NCBI GenBank assembly: GCA_001780985.1
Contig: MFJV01000001.1
Span: forward strand, 629,466-693,465
Source: Candidatus Gottesmanbacteria bacterium RIFCSPLOWO2_01_FULL_43_11b
GTDB lineage: Bacteria > Patescibacteriota > Microgenomatia > UBA10105 > UBA927
Direction: 5' to 3'
DNA length: 64,000 bases
Within the stretch, counting starts at the first letter, position 1; each line of letters opens with the position of its first letter. Positions 11,662-20,594 of the stretch are shown here, piece by piece. The notes beneath the pieces are model-generated. The model did not search any database. It saw only the letters and a list, made by a program, of their open reading frames with translations, and was not told the origin of the DNA. A program made the translations under genes and the position numbers.

Positions 11662-12956
11662 GGTTGACGAGTTGCGAGCACAGTCGTCGTTTGATACGCC
11701 ATATCGTAGGAGCCGTTTTCATAGATAAGATATGCACGGATTGGATATGAAGGCAGATCGCGGGTTATTTGAGATTGTGACACGATTGCATCACCAACAT
11801 ACCAGGGGAATGGTGAATTGTCTGGATTGTAGAGAAAAACCCGGCTAGGATCTTTACTGTAGTAGATTGACTCAAAGAAAATAAGCGGACTTTGAGCTAG
11901 GATGACATCATCTTGGTCCATGAGGGTGTTTACTTCCATGATAGTTGCACGGATATTAAGCTTTTGGTGTTCTTTGGGATACCACGAATTGAATAAAAGC
12001 AACGCGAGTAAAAATAATGAGGTGATAGCAATTTGAAAAATCTTTGGTTTTATACGAGCAATCGCAAGTGCTACGAGAAATACTTCTGCAACTGTTACAG
12101 GGATAAGGTATCGGTTAACAAACAATGGTTTAAACAATGAAACACCGAGGACTATTGCAAGCGGGACAGTTGCCATAAGAATAAAGAAGAGATTGCGTGC
12201 CAAGAGAAACAGAGATACAAGAATGACGGAAAGAATTGCAGTGTAATTCCATAAATACCACGGTGTACCTTCGTATCCTATGAACATATTTCCAAGCACA
12301 GATTTAACCAAATGGAAATCAACGGGGGAATACCAGGAACTTTTGAGTCGACCCATTTCCATTGCGATTTTAATAAGCCATGGAGCTATCAGGAGAAATA
12401 TGGCAATAAATGACTTTGTTGGCTGTTGGCTAAAGAACTTTTTCCGTTTTTTTAATGTTATGAGGTAGTGGAGACCGGTAACTACTGAAACAAAAATAAA
12501 GTACGTGTGCGTATAGAACCCGAGTACTGATGCAACCGCAAACCCCGTCCACTTTTTTTCCATATACATATACATAGACAGAGTAGTAAAGAACGTAAAC
12601 CAGGCGTACGTTCTCACCTCAAAAGCATAATAGAGAAGCATGGGGTTGAGGAAAAAAAACAACGGGAGAACCCATGAAAGAAAGTGTTTCTTAAATAGCT
12701 TTTCCGCCCAAACAATTACTACACAGGTAGCTAAAGTAAATCCGAGAAGCGATAAACTGCGTATGGCAATTTCACTTGAGCCGAAAATCTTCATCCAGAA
12801 GTGAAGAAGGAGATAGTATACGGGTGGTTCAAAGGTTAATTTCGTAAATAAAAATTGAATAGGTTTCTGGGCAACAAGAACGGAGAATGCTTCATCCCGC
12901 CAAAGACTCTGAGTAAAGTAGAGGAGAGGGGTATGAGCAAGAAGCCAGTTAAACAT
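11658..12956 (-). CDS. GT-C fold glycosyltransferase (GT39/ArnT-like)
   Basis: SLWRDE, PPVYY..LH.W, R.LS and EVRTY motifs. Confidence 0.8.
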   Translation of the reverse strand: MFNWLLAHTPLLYFTQSLWRDEAFSVLVAQKPIQFLFTKLTFEPPVYYLLLHFWMKIFGSSEIAIRSLSLLGFTLATCVVIVWAEKLFKKHFLSWVLPLFFFLNPMLLYYAFEVRTYAWFTFFTTLSMYMYMEKKWTGFAVASVLGFYTHTYFIFVSVVTGLHYLITLKKRKKFFSQQPTKSFIAIFLLIAPWLIKIAMEMGRLKSSWYSPVDFHLVKSVLGNMFIGYEGTPWYLWNYTAILSVILVSLFLLARNLFFILMATVPLAIVLGVSLFKPLFVNRYLIPVTVAEVFLVALAIARIKPKIFQIAITSLFLLALLLFNSWYPKEHQKLNIRATIMEVNTLMDQDDVILAQSPLIFFESIYYSKDPSRVFLYNPDNSPFPWYVGDAIVSQSQITRDLPSYPIRAYLIYENGSYDMAYQTTTVLATRQP

Positions 12957-12965
12957 ATATATGTA

Positions 12966-14447
12966 TTATATCTTTTCTGTCACCCGATATTCCAACCGTT
13001 TACCGAGCATAAGGCGGGTATGAGCGTCGAGTCCCGGGAGAGCTGACAGAACAAAGGAAATAAGAGGAAGAGTGATCCACTGGAGGTAGAGAAGGGGTAA
13101 TTTCCACGCTGGGTACTCTTTAGGCTTTGGCGGTTTAATCCGCCAGTCGATAATAAATACAGCAATAAGAAAAACTGTCGAAAGCGTGAGAATGCCGGAT
13201 GAAATACGAGAAAGGTTATGTCCAAGAACTGTGCGGGCAAACAAAGGATTAACAAGAGGCGGAATGGAACTTCCTATCGTGAGTAAAAACCAGTTTGCCG
13301 GCCAGAATATGTGGTGTTCGAGAAGTTGTAAAAGCCTTCTCATGCGGTCAAAAAATCGAATTTCTCCGTGGAGAATAACCTCCCGAATAACGTACGGTAA
13401 ATCAGAAATCCCCCACGCCCATCGCTTTGCCTGCTCATATTGGTTAACGAGGGTTGGAAAGAAACCATGACTTTCTGCGGCATCAACCAATACCGGAAGA
13501 AAAAGTGGCACGGTAGAAACACGCGTGCCGAAGGTAAAGTACACTTTAAAAAACATGTGGTAATCCTCAGGGATAACGTCAACGGACCAATGACCAACCT
13601 TGACTGCAGTAAGTAGCGCGAGGGAATACGTGGAGAAATTAATAAGTTTTCCCCGTTGAGACAGAAGTGCGAGATTCCATATGCTGTTGAGGGTGTTGAG
13701 AAATCTGTTTGGAAGCGGGATTCGCCATATGTTGTTGTAAAAAAGGATAGCGCCTTGGTAGAAGTGGTAGGCGCGATCGGTATCTTTGAGAAACGTCCAG
13801 GAAAGGTAGGAGAAGTACTTGGGGTGAAGAAAAGCATCGGCATCACAGCTTGTTACCGTGACGAAATCAAGAGGAATATGCTTTTTTTTAAGATATTCGA
13901 CGACCCGTTTACTCGCCCACGCCATATTGCTGGATTTTCCAGTGACCTCGCCGTTATGTAGGATATGTCGAGTAACGACAAAATGACCAAACACACTTTC
14001 AAACTCATGCTTCATAATAGCACCCACAGATGCTGCATTCGGGTCTTTGGCTTCTGTTGCCAGTACAATGATGAGCCGTTCTTTTGGGAAATCTTGACGA
14101 CTAAGATTTTCAAGAGTCCGCCTGATAATATGGGGCGGTTCACGGTATTCCGGAATGATGATAATATGCCAGAGTTTGTCGAAATTGGGTAGCTGTTTTA
14201 CTTGCCCTAGCCAATCAACAGTTTGGTGAGCGGACAGAGTGATAAACGACCTGGTTGCATAGTAAACAAGCGCAACTGATTTATAGAACCAATACACATC
14301 AAAGGTTATGATGAAATACGCAACGAGCGCCGGGTGCCAGAACGAAAGCCATAAGGGCATGGTTATGAGAAGCCATGAACTAATAGGCACAAAGATCTCG
14401 AGGATTCGTTGGGTTTTCCTTGGATAGCGCAAGAATATTTGGCGCAT
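12966..14447 (-). CDS. Membrane GT2 glycosyltransferase (processive-type)
   Basis: DAD, PED and QxxRW (QAKRW) motifs with flanking TM segments. Confidence 0.82.
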   Translation of the reverse strand: MRQIFLRYPRKTQRILEIFVPISSWLLITMPLWLSFWHPALVAYFIITFDVYWFYKSVALVYYATRSFITLSAHQTVDWLGQVKQLPNFDKLWHIIIIPEYREPPHIIRRTLENLSRQDFPKERLIIVLATEAKDPNAASVGAIMKHEFESVFGHFVVTRHILHNGEVTGKSSNMAWASKRVVEYLKKKHIPLDFVTVTSCDADAFLHPKYFSYLSWTFLKDTDRAYHFYQGAILFYNNIWRIPLPNRFLNTLNSIWNLALLSQRGKLINFSTYSLALLTAVKVGHWSVDVIPEDYHMFFKVYFTFGTRVSTVPLFLPVLVDAAESHGFFPTLVNQYEQAKRWAWGISDLPYVIREVILHGEIRFFDRMRRLLQLLEHHIFWPANWFLLTIGSSIPPLVNPLFARTVLGHNLSRISSGILTLSTVFLIAVFIIDWRIKPPKPKEYPAWKLPLLYLQWITLPLISFVLSALPGLDAHTRLMLGKRLEYRVTEKI

Positions 14448-14478
14448 AGAATCAATCTAAATTATACCACGCGGACCC

Positions 14479-15180
14479 TTATCGGACATCGGGGAACCCA
14501 ACCTTATCAGCTTTGCGGAAGACAAAGTAATAGAAAAATGCCTTGAAAATCCTCTGGATGAGACGTCCAAAACCTTCATGCCCCCGTCGTCCGGATGCCC
14601 AGACATAAAAATCCTGACGGAATATAATTTTACCAATTCGCATAAGTCTGCGTGCAATCTCGATATCCTCTGCGATTCGAAATTCTTCGGGGAATCCTCC
14701 GACAGACAGCGCTTTTTCTTTATAAAACGCCATATTTTGTCCTGTTGCCATCGGAATGCGCAGAATTGAAAAATAAACCATGTTGAGAACCGGCTGAAGA
14801 ATATTTATATATATTTTATACCACCATGGTCCGTCGGGAACTCGAAATCCTCCAAATACACCAACTACTCCGGGTTTTTGGATATATGTTTCCATTCGTG
14901 TGAGCCAATCGGACGGGATATTCACATCAGCGTCAGTGAAAACAATGACTTCACTCTTTGCGGCCTTGAGTCCAACCTGACGACTATACCCAATCGTACT
15001 TTTCTTGACAGTTATGACTTTTGTACCGGAACGGAGTGCCACATCTTTTGTTGCATCTGTCGATGATGCATTGACGACGATAATCTCGTCAGGTGTTCTT
15101 GATAGTTTTTTGAGAGAGGCAAGTGTTTGAGGTAAATACTTTTCTTCGTTATAGGCGGGGATGACAACGGAGATGGTCAT
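14479..15180 (-). CDS. GT2 glycosyltransferase
   Basis: ISVVIPAYNEE, DAD and ED motifs. Confidence 0.9.
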   Translation of the reverse strand: MTISVVIPAYNEEKYLPQTLASLKKLSRTPDEIIVVNASSTDATKDVALRSGTKVITVKKSTIGYSRQVGLKAAKSEVIVFTDADVNIPSDWLTRMETYIQKPGVVGVFGGFRVPDGPWWYKIYINILQPVLNMVYFSILRIPMATGQNMAFYKEKALSVGGFPEEFRIAEDIEIARRLMRIGKIIFRQDFYVWASGRRGHEGFGRLIQRIFKAFFYYFVFRKADKVGFPDVR

Positions 15181-15188
15181 ATGGTCAA

Positions 15189-16007
15189 TTATATCCCAAA
15201 TAGCTCTTGTGCGTTTTTCGTCGTTGCCTCTTCCACCTCACGTGGGGTGATTTTTTTAAGCTCGGCTATTTTTTTTGCAATAAGCGGAATATATTTGGGT
15301 TCGTTTCGGCTTCCGCGATGAGGAACTGGGGTGAGAAACGGAGCGTCCGTTTCCAAAAGAAGCATTGAAATCGGTATATGAGGAACAATCATCTCAAGAT
15401 GTTTTGAATACGTGACGTTTCCATCAATCCCAACAAAAAATTTATGTTTTTGAGCATCGCGTAAATCTTGTAATCCTCCGGAAAAACAATGAATTACTCC
15501 TCTTGGGGTGTTGGGTAAGTTGTCCAATACGCCAAAGAAATCCTCATATGCATCGCGGCAGTGCATGATGGCAGGTAAATTATGTTCTAGTGCAAGTTTT
15601 AATTGAAGTTTGAATAACTGCTTCTGATTTTCTTTTCGACCTAATGCGTCGTGGCCTTTATACTGATGGTAATCCAATCCGCATTCACCGATTGCTACTA
15701 TTGTTGTCATTCCGGGCTTGACCCGGAATCCATTGGGATCCCGGCTCGGTGGCCGGGATGACTTGACGAGTGACTCGAGCAGACTTACATCTTTAATCTC
15801 CTGCGCTTCATACGGGTGAAAACCAACGCTTGCAAAGATTACACCCGGGTGTTTTTTTGCAAGATCCACTACTAACCGGCAGGAAATCGGATCAACACCG
15901 GGATTAATAAATTTCTTGACCCCCGCTTTTTTTGCATTCCCAATCACCATCGCCTGATCTTCTTTATACTGCGGGAATGTGAGGTGACAGTGGGTGTCGA
16001 TATACAT
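15189..16007 (-). CDS. tatD: TatD-family nuclease carrying an in-frame palindromic insertion
   Basis: DTHCH, GFHP, AIGECGLD, HCR, HCF and ETDAP motifs. Confidence 0.93.
   Translation of the reverse strand: MYIDTHCHLTFPQYKEDQAMVIGNAKKAGVKKFINPGVDPISCRLVVDLAKKHPGVIFASVGFHPYEAQEIKDVSLLESLVKSSRPPSRDPNGFRVKPGMTTIVAIGECGLDYHQYKGHDALGRKENQKQLFKLQLKLALEHNLPAIMHCRDAYEDFFGVLDNLPNTPRGVIHCFSGGLQDLRDAQKHKFFVGIDGNVTYSKHLEMIVPHIPISMLLLETDAPFLTPVPHRGSRNEPKYIPLIAKKIAELKKITPREVEEATTKNAQELFGI
15705..15762. repeat. Inverted pair of GTCA-tagged REP-like palindromes inside tatD
   Basis: TGTCATTCCGGGCTTGACCCGGAATCCAT (15705-33) is identical to 59964-92. It is followed by inverted GGATCCCGGCTCGGTGGCCGGGATGAC (15736-62). 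Confidence 0.9.
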
Positions 16008-16014
16008 AAGAATT

Positions 16015-16437
16015 CTACTTCGCTATCAAAAGATATAAGCCTACTATAGAAATTATAAATCCAAATAACTGTTTGAGTGAGAGTGTTTCTTTCAAAACAA
16101 ATATACCCAAAACAACAGCAAGTAATACAATTCCGATTCTTACAAAAGGTACTCCTATCGATAAATTTGTGCCAAGCGAGAACATTTTTATAAAAAAAAT
16201 CGACCCAAACCCAATCGAAATTCCTGCGATAGCGGGAAATATAAAACCTTCTCTTGAGGTTAGAATTTCTTTTCCAGACAACTTAGTTGAGATGAACCAA
16301 ATGAGAGGAGGTAATGTAGAGAAAATATTTATAAGAAATGCGCCAAAAGCGTCATCAACTTTTCCAGCGGATTTCTTAATAAAGAAATCCATTAACGCAT
16401 AGGAAAATATTGTCAGAATTGCAAAAAATATCCACAT
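16015..16437 (-). CDS. EamA/DMT-family small transporter
   Basis: Five TM segments, GIFVLKE.LS...G motif; AT-rich. Confidence 0.75.
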   Translation of the reverse strand: MWIFFAILTIFSYALMDFFIKKSAGKVDDAFGAFLINIFSTLPPLIWFISTKLSGKEILTSREGFIFPAIAGISIGFGSIFFIKMFSLGTNLSIGVPFVRIGIVLLAVVLGIFVLKETLSLKQLFGFIISIVGLYLLIAK

Positions 16438-16460
16438 AGCGAGATTTTATCTCACTCTGT

Positions 16461-17879
16461 TTATGTAAGTCTCGGAAACAGAGCGGACTGTGTTTTGATC
16501 GTTGGGCCTTTGAATTGTGAAAGAATTTTTTGTGCTGTTTCGGGGAGAAAGGGCTGAAGCTCTATCGCGATGTTATTGATTTGATCAACAAGAAATATAA
16601 GTACCTCCTGCAATACCTTTCCAGTAAGATTCCATGGTTTTTCTTTTTCGATCCTATGATCAAGTGTTGTGATTTCAACCCAAATAAATTCTAGCGCCTT
16701 CTCAAATTGAAATTCTTTAAGATGCTCATCAATTTCAGTCGGTATCCTTTTATATTGTTTTACAGGAACAGTAATATTATTTGTTTCACATAATTTTGCT
16801 ACACGAGCTACCAAGTTTCCCAAGCCATTCGCTAAATCGGCATTGTATAATTCTTTAAATCTTCTTTCTGAAAAATCTCCGTCACTTGTTGACGGAATTT
16901 CGCGCAGGAAATAGTAACGCAATGGGTCTGCGCCGTATTTTTTAATAAGTTCAAATGGATCAATGACATTGCCAAGAGTTTTGCTCATTTTTTGACCATT
17001 TACGGTAAAGTAGCCGTGAACGAATAATGATTTCGGAAGAGATAATTTTGCCGACAGTAAGAATGCCGGCCAATAAACCGCGTGAAACCGGATAATCCCT
17101 TTGCCAATGACATGGACGTCAGCCGGCCACCATTTGGAATACTTTTCTTCATCCCATCCAAATCCCACACCGCTTTGATAAATGTTTAATGCATCAAACC
17201 AAACATACATACGCTGTGTATCATCGCCCGGGACCGGCACACCCCAGTTTTTTGCTCGGGCATTTGTTCGAGATATACTTATATCTTGGAGGGGCTGTTT
17301 AAGAAACGACAAAACTTCGTTTTTGCGAAAGTCGGGGATTATTTTAAGAGAATCTGATGAAATAAGATCAATAAGTTGTTTTTGAAAGTTCGATAATCGG
17401 AAAAAATAATTTTCTTCGGAAACTTTATCGAGTTTTTTCCCTGGATGTTCAACGCACTCACCATTTTCATTGAGTTCCTCTGTCGTATAAAAAGTTTCGC
17501 ATCCTACACAGTAAAGTCCTTCATATGATTTTTTATAAATATCATTTTTACAAAGATCCCATAATTTTTGACTGGATGGAAAATGATGGGTTTGGTCACT
17601 TCCTTTTTGCCAAATGTCGAATTGACATCCGAGTTCTTTGGTCAATTCGAAAAACTTTTGAGTATTCCCGTCGATAAATTGTTGAACAGCAACCCCTGCT
17701 TTTTGGGCCGCCTGCACATTTTTGACAGCATTCTCATCACCACCCGATAAAAGCAGCACCTCATCTCCTAAAAGCTTGTGATACCGGGCTATAACATCCC
17801 CCTGCACGAATTCAAGAGCGTGGCCTATGTGTGGTGGGGCGTTGACGTATGGAATGGCGCAAGTGATATAGAATTTCAT
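16461..17879 (-). CDS. metG: Methionine--tRNA ligase (short form)
   Basis: PYVN, HIGH, YVWFDAL and KMSKT motifs. Confidence 0.97.
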   Translation of the reverse strand: MKFYITCAIPYVNAPPHIGHALEFVQGDVIARYHKLLGDEVLLLSGGDENAVKNVQAAQKAGVAVQQFIDGNTQKFFELTKELGCQFDIWQKGSDQTHHFPSSQKLWDLCKNDIYKKSYEGLYCVGCETFYTTEELNENGECVEHPGKKLDKVSEENYFFRLSNFQKQLIDLISSDSLKIIPDFRKNEVLSFLKQPLQDISISRTNARAKNWGVPVPGDDTQRMYVWFDALNIYQSGVGFGWDEEKYSKWWPADVHVIGKGIIRFHAVYWPAFLLSAKLSLPKSLFVHGYFTVNGQKMSKTLGNVIDPFELIKKYGADPLRYYFLREIPSTSDGDFSERRFKELYNADLANGLGNLVARVAKLCETNNITVPVKQYKRIPTEIDEHLKEFQFEKALEFIWVEITTLDHRIEKEKPWNLTGKVLQEVLIFLVDQINNIAIELQPFLPETAQKILSQFKGPTIKTQSALFPRLT

Positions 17880-17888
17880 GAATTGATT

Positions 17889-17915
17889 CTACCGTTTCCG
17901 TATGGAGAGCTCAAG
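17889..17915 (-). repeat. Copy C of the 3' end of the 20285-20593 gene (LELSIRKR*)
   Basis: Minus strand CTT GAG CTC TCC ATA CGG AAA CGG TAG. Confidence 0.75.
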
Positions 17916-19542
17916 GCGAAAAAACAAACGAGTCAAGTTCAAAGGTTCCGTAATGGTTCTGAATAGAAAATAACTGAGGCGTTGCACGATACGTATCTAG
18001 TTTGCTCTGAATTTCAGCAGGAAGTGTAATCTCCTCGTTGTCAACCAATTGAACAAATTGTCTAAATTGATCTTTCGCTAATACTTCTCCAACGCAGATG
18101 TATTTTTTGCTTATTCTAATCTCTTCGGGAAGTTCACCTATGACCTCAGGATCATTAATGATTGCCAGAACATCTCCTTCTCGCGAAGTTTCTTCTAGAA
18201 ATCCTTCAAGCAGCTTTAATGTTGCCTGATCATCCTCACCGTAGAAGCATGTTAGGCTTTTATTTCCGTCTTCGGCGGTTTTGTACCGTAGGGCAGATTT
18301 GTCGGGTTGTTTCTTTCCTTCCTCAGATAATTTTTCATTATAGTCATGGATTACTAAGTTAAAAGTATGTGTATATTCTTGTTGTCTATGGGGGTCAGTC
18401 ATGAGCTCTACTGGGAACCCACTTTTTTTTGATATCTGAGCAATGAGTCCCGTGACTATGCCATCTACATGCCTCGCATGCATGTGCCTGTTCTTCGCGT
18501 AAAGATCTCCTTCGTTTTTTGTTCCGTAGATAGCATCGGTTTCTCCTGCAACACTACCAGTTACAGCTCTTTTTATATTCGTAACAGCTACCAATGGAAT
18601 TGCACGTTTTATTCCTCTTTGGCTTAGAAGAAAATTGGCTTTTGTGTTGGCATTTCGGGATTCAGCGTCAGACATATCTTCATACAACCTGGAAAATGTT
18701 CCGCTTCTGCGTGAAAGAAACACATCAGACCCCTTCGATACTTCTGCAAACATACACAGAGCGTTTTCAAGACTGGCTTTATTGAGTACATCCGCACGGG
18801 TCCACATATTCTTTGTTTTCAGCCAAAAAGGATTTATTTTAGGGGAGATTGCTCTAGCCTCATCCCAAAAAGTAATTACCTCTATCCCAATGTCATGAAA
18901 CATTTTTATGAGCGTTTCGATGGAAGGATCAGATTTACCCACGAGTATATGCACGTTTGGTCCAATAAGGTAATTTAAATTAGCTTCTCCCGCCTCTATT
19001 GCATTGCGCGCCGCATTAACCCTGTTTACTCGATTTATAAGCTGCTCAGTGCGTCTTTCTGTTATTTTAGTGACTGTCGAAACTGCTAACGTTGGAATTG
19101 CAAGGACTATTGCAGCTGTCGCGGCAGTCGAGAGAGTAGCTAAAGGATCAGTACCCTTCTCAACATCGGCAAATGACCACGCGATTGCATTGTTGTACAA
19201 AATTCGAAACGAATCCCAATTCAGAGCTGCTTCGCGAATAATACCCAACCCGGTGCCAATGGCAACGGATATCGTGCTTACTTTCCCCCAAAAACTTCCC
19301 CACGTTATGTCACCTACATTTTTCAAAAATGTTTTTACAGACCATGGTTTTTTTATTCCGTCTTGGGACAAATTTTCGTACAGTGCTTTCACAGGATCGC
19401 CGTCTTCTATGCCTAACCCCGCGAGTGCTTTATTGAGGCCAGTTTCGGCTCTGTGCTCCATTATATTGAGCGTTCTGAGCAACGAGCTTCGACTATCGGG
19501 AGTAATAGGTAATTCTCTATGTTCTTTCCTTGCGTCAGCCAT
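17911..19542 (-). CDS. Hypothetical membrane protein (2 TM plus large alpha/beta region)
   Basis: 543-aa ORF coupled to the upstream gene; no family recognised with confidence. Confidence 0.7.
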   Translation of the reverse strand: MADARKEHRELPITPDSRSSLLRTLNIMEHRAETGLNKALAGLGIEDGDPVKALYENLSQDGIKKPWSVKTFLKNVGDITWGSFWGKVSTISVAIGTGLGIIREAALNWDSFRILYNNAIAWSFADVEKGTDPLATLSTAATAAIVLAIPTLAVSTVTKITERRTEQLINRVNRVNAARNAIEAGEANLNYLIGPNVHILVGKSDPSIETLIKMFHDIGIEVITFWDEARAISPKINPFWLKTKNMWTRADVLNKASLENALCMFAEVSKGSDVFLSRRSGTFSRLYEDMSDAESRNANTKANFLLSQRGIKRAIPLVAVTNIKRAVTGSVAGETDAIYGTKNEGDLYAKNRHMHARHVDGIVTGLIAQISKKSGFPVELMTDPHRQQEYTHTFNLVIHDYNEKLSEEGKKQPDKSALRYKTAEDGNKSLTCFYGEDDQATLKLLEGFLEETSREGDVLAIINDPEVIGELPEEIRISKKYICVGEVLAKDQFRQFVQLVDNEEITLPAEIQSKLDTYRATPQLFSIQNHYGTFELDSFVFSP

Positions 19543-19545
19543 AGC

Positions 19546-19821
19546 TTATTGTGTTTTTTGTAATTCAAGCGAGAGCTGTCTGATTTCTGAATGAATTTTA
19601 TCTGCAAGGTGAGGAATTCTTTTATATGCAAAATCAAAGAAGAGTTTTGGATCATTTTTTTTGACAACCTCTTTGAACGCAAAAACATCTTCTTTTCCCA
19701 GGTTTTTGAGGATCATAGTTTTTATGCGAAGCAAGACAACTCTATTGATGGTTTCAAAAATTTTGTCTTCACTTACATCTGTGACCTTCGCGCTCCCATA
19801 CAAAACGGTGTTAATTTTCAT
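19546..19821 (-). CDS. Small helical hypothetical protein (DUF5663-like)
   Basis: 91-aa ORF ending 3 nt before the next ATG. The family resemblance is by eye. Confidence 0.6.
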   Translation of the reverse strand: MKINTVLYGSAKVTDVSEDKIFETINRVVLLRIKTMILKNLGKEDVFAFKEVVKKNDPKLFFDFAYKRIPHLADKIHSEIRQLSLELQKTQ

Positions 19822-19887
19822 GTTTTTAACCTCTTAAACAGGACATGAAAAGATAATACCATATTTTGTTAGGTTTGTAACTATAGG

Positions 19888-19920
19888 CTATCTATCTTTC
19901 GGAAGTGAGAGCTCAAGGGA
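19888..19920 (-). repeat. Copy B of the 3' end of the 20285-20593 gene (SLELSLPKDR*)
   Basis: Minus strand TCC CTT GAG CTC TCA CTT CCG AAA GAT AGA TAG. Confidence 0.7.
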
Positions 19921-20191
19921 GTGGTGACAAGGATATGGATACTTTGGTACCGAAAACTTTTGCCAAGCGTTTGAGAAATGAGAGGGATGGAACTGTTTTG
20001 GCGTTCTCCAGCCGAGAAATGACCGACTGGCGGGTTTTTAGCCGTTGCGCAAGTTGTTTTTGGGTAAGTTTATGTTTGATGCGCTTTGTGATTACTTCGC
20101 GGGCAATACGATATTCCAGCGCAGAGTCACGAAGTGCGGCGCGGAATGCGGAATCTTTAAGAAGTTGTTTTTTGTGTGTTGCCCAGTTCAT
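19913..20191 (-). CDS. XRE/HigA-like helix-turn-helix protein (orphan antitoxin-like)
   Basis: LTQKQLAQRLKTRQSVISRLE motif. Start MNW at 20191 with AAGGAG Shine-Dalgarno. Confidence 0.85.
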   Translation of the reverse strand: MNWATHKKQLLKDSAFRAALRDSALEYRIAREVITKRIKHKLTQKQLAQRLKTRQSVISRLENAKTVPSLSFLKRLAKVFGTKVSISLSPLP

Positions 20192-20209
20192 AAAAACTCC
20201 TTTTGGTTT

Positions 20210-20239
20210 TAAAATATCACAATATTGCGATATCGTCAA
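20210..20239 (-). promoter_or_regulatory. Promoter with a 20-bp palindromic operator
   Basis: TTGACG-17-TATTTT on the minus strand. ATATCACAATATTGCGATAT (20214-33) is a palindrome with one mismatched pair. Confidence 0.7.
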
Positions 20240-20284
20240 GACTCCGTTTTATAGTATTCAATTTTCCAATTTTGAGCCATATTA

Positions 20285-20593
20285 TTATCGCTTCCTTAAA
20301 GACAGCTCAAGAGAAATGAGGGAGGCGAGAAGAAGGACGATATAGATCGGATGATGAAGGTCGAGGTATCGGAGAATGAGAAAGATGGTAAGAGTGAAAG
20401 ATAGTAAGAGAGAAAGACGGGTGTTGTTTAAAATAAAAAAAGACAGGAAGAGAGAAGACAGGAAGACGGTAAGATAAAAGACGATAAGATACACTAATTT
20501 GTCAGGGGGAAATGAATTTATAAACCAGGCAAGCGTGACGAAACCAAAAACTCCGAGAATAAGATGCGTAATGTTTCGATCTTTCCGTCTCAT
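20285..20593 (-). CDS. Small 4-TM membrane protein
   Basis: Hydrophobic ORF starting MRRKD, 1 nt after the upstream stop; ends SLELSLRKR*. Confidence 0.75.
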   Translation of the reverse strand: MRRKDRNITHLILGVFGFVTLAWFINSFPPDKLVYLIVFYLTVFLSSLFLSFFILNNTRLSLLLSFTLTIFLILRYLDLHHPIYIVLLLASLISLELSLRKR

Positions 20594-20594
20594 A

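Noticed and set aside
16015-16460. EamA gene as another cassette with a duplicated gene end
   Set aside because: It is AT-rich and probably inserted, but I found no duplicate of the metG tail after it.
19546-19580. SLEL at the end of the 91-aa protein as a fourth gene-end copy
   Set aside because: Only four residues match and the CTTGAGCT core is absent; probably chance.
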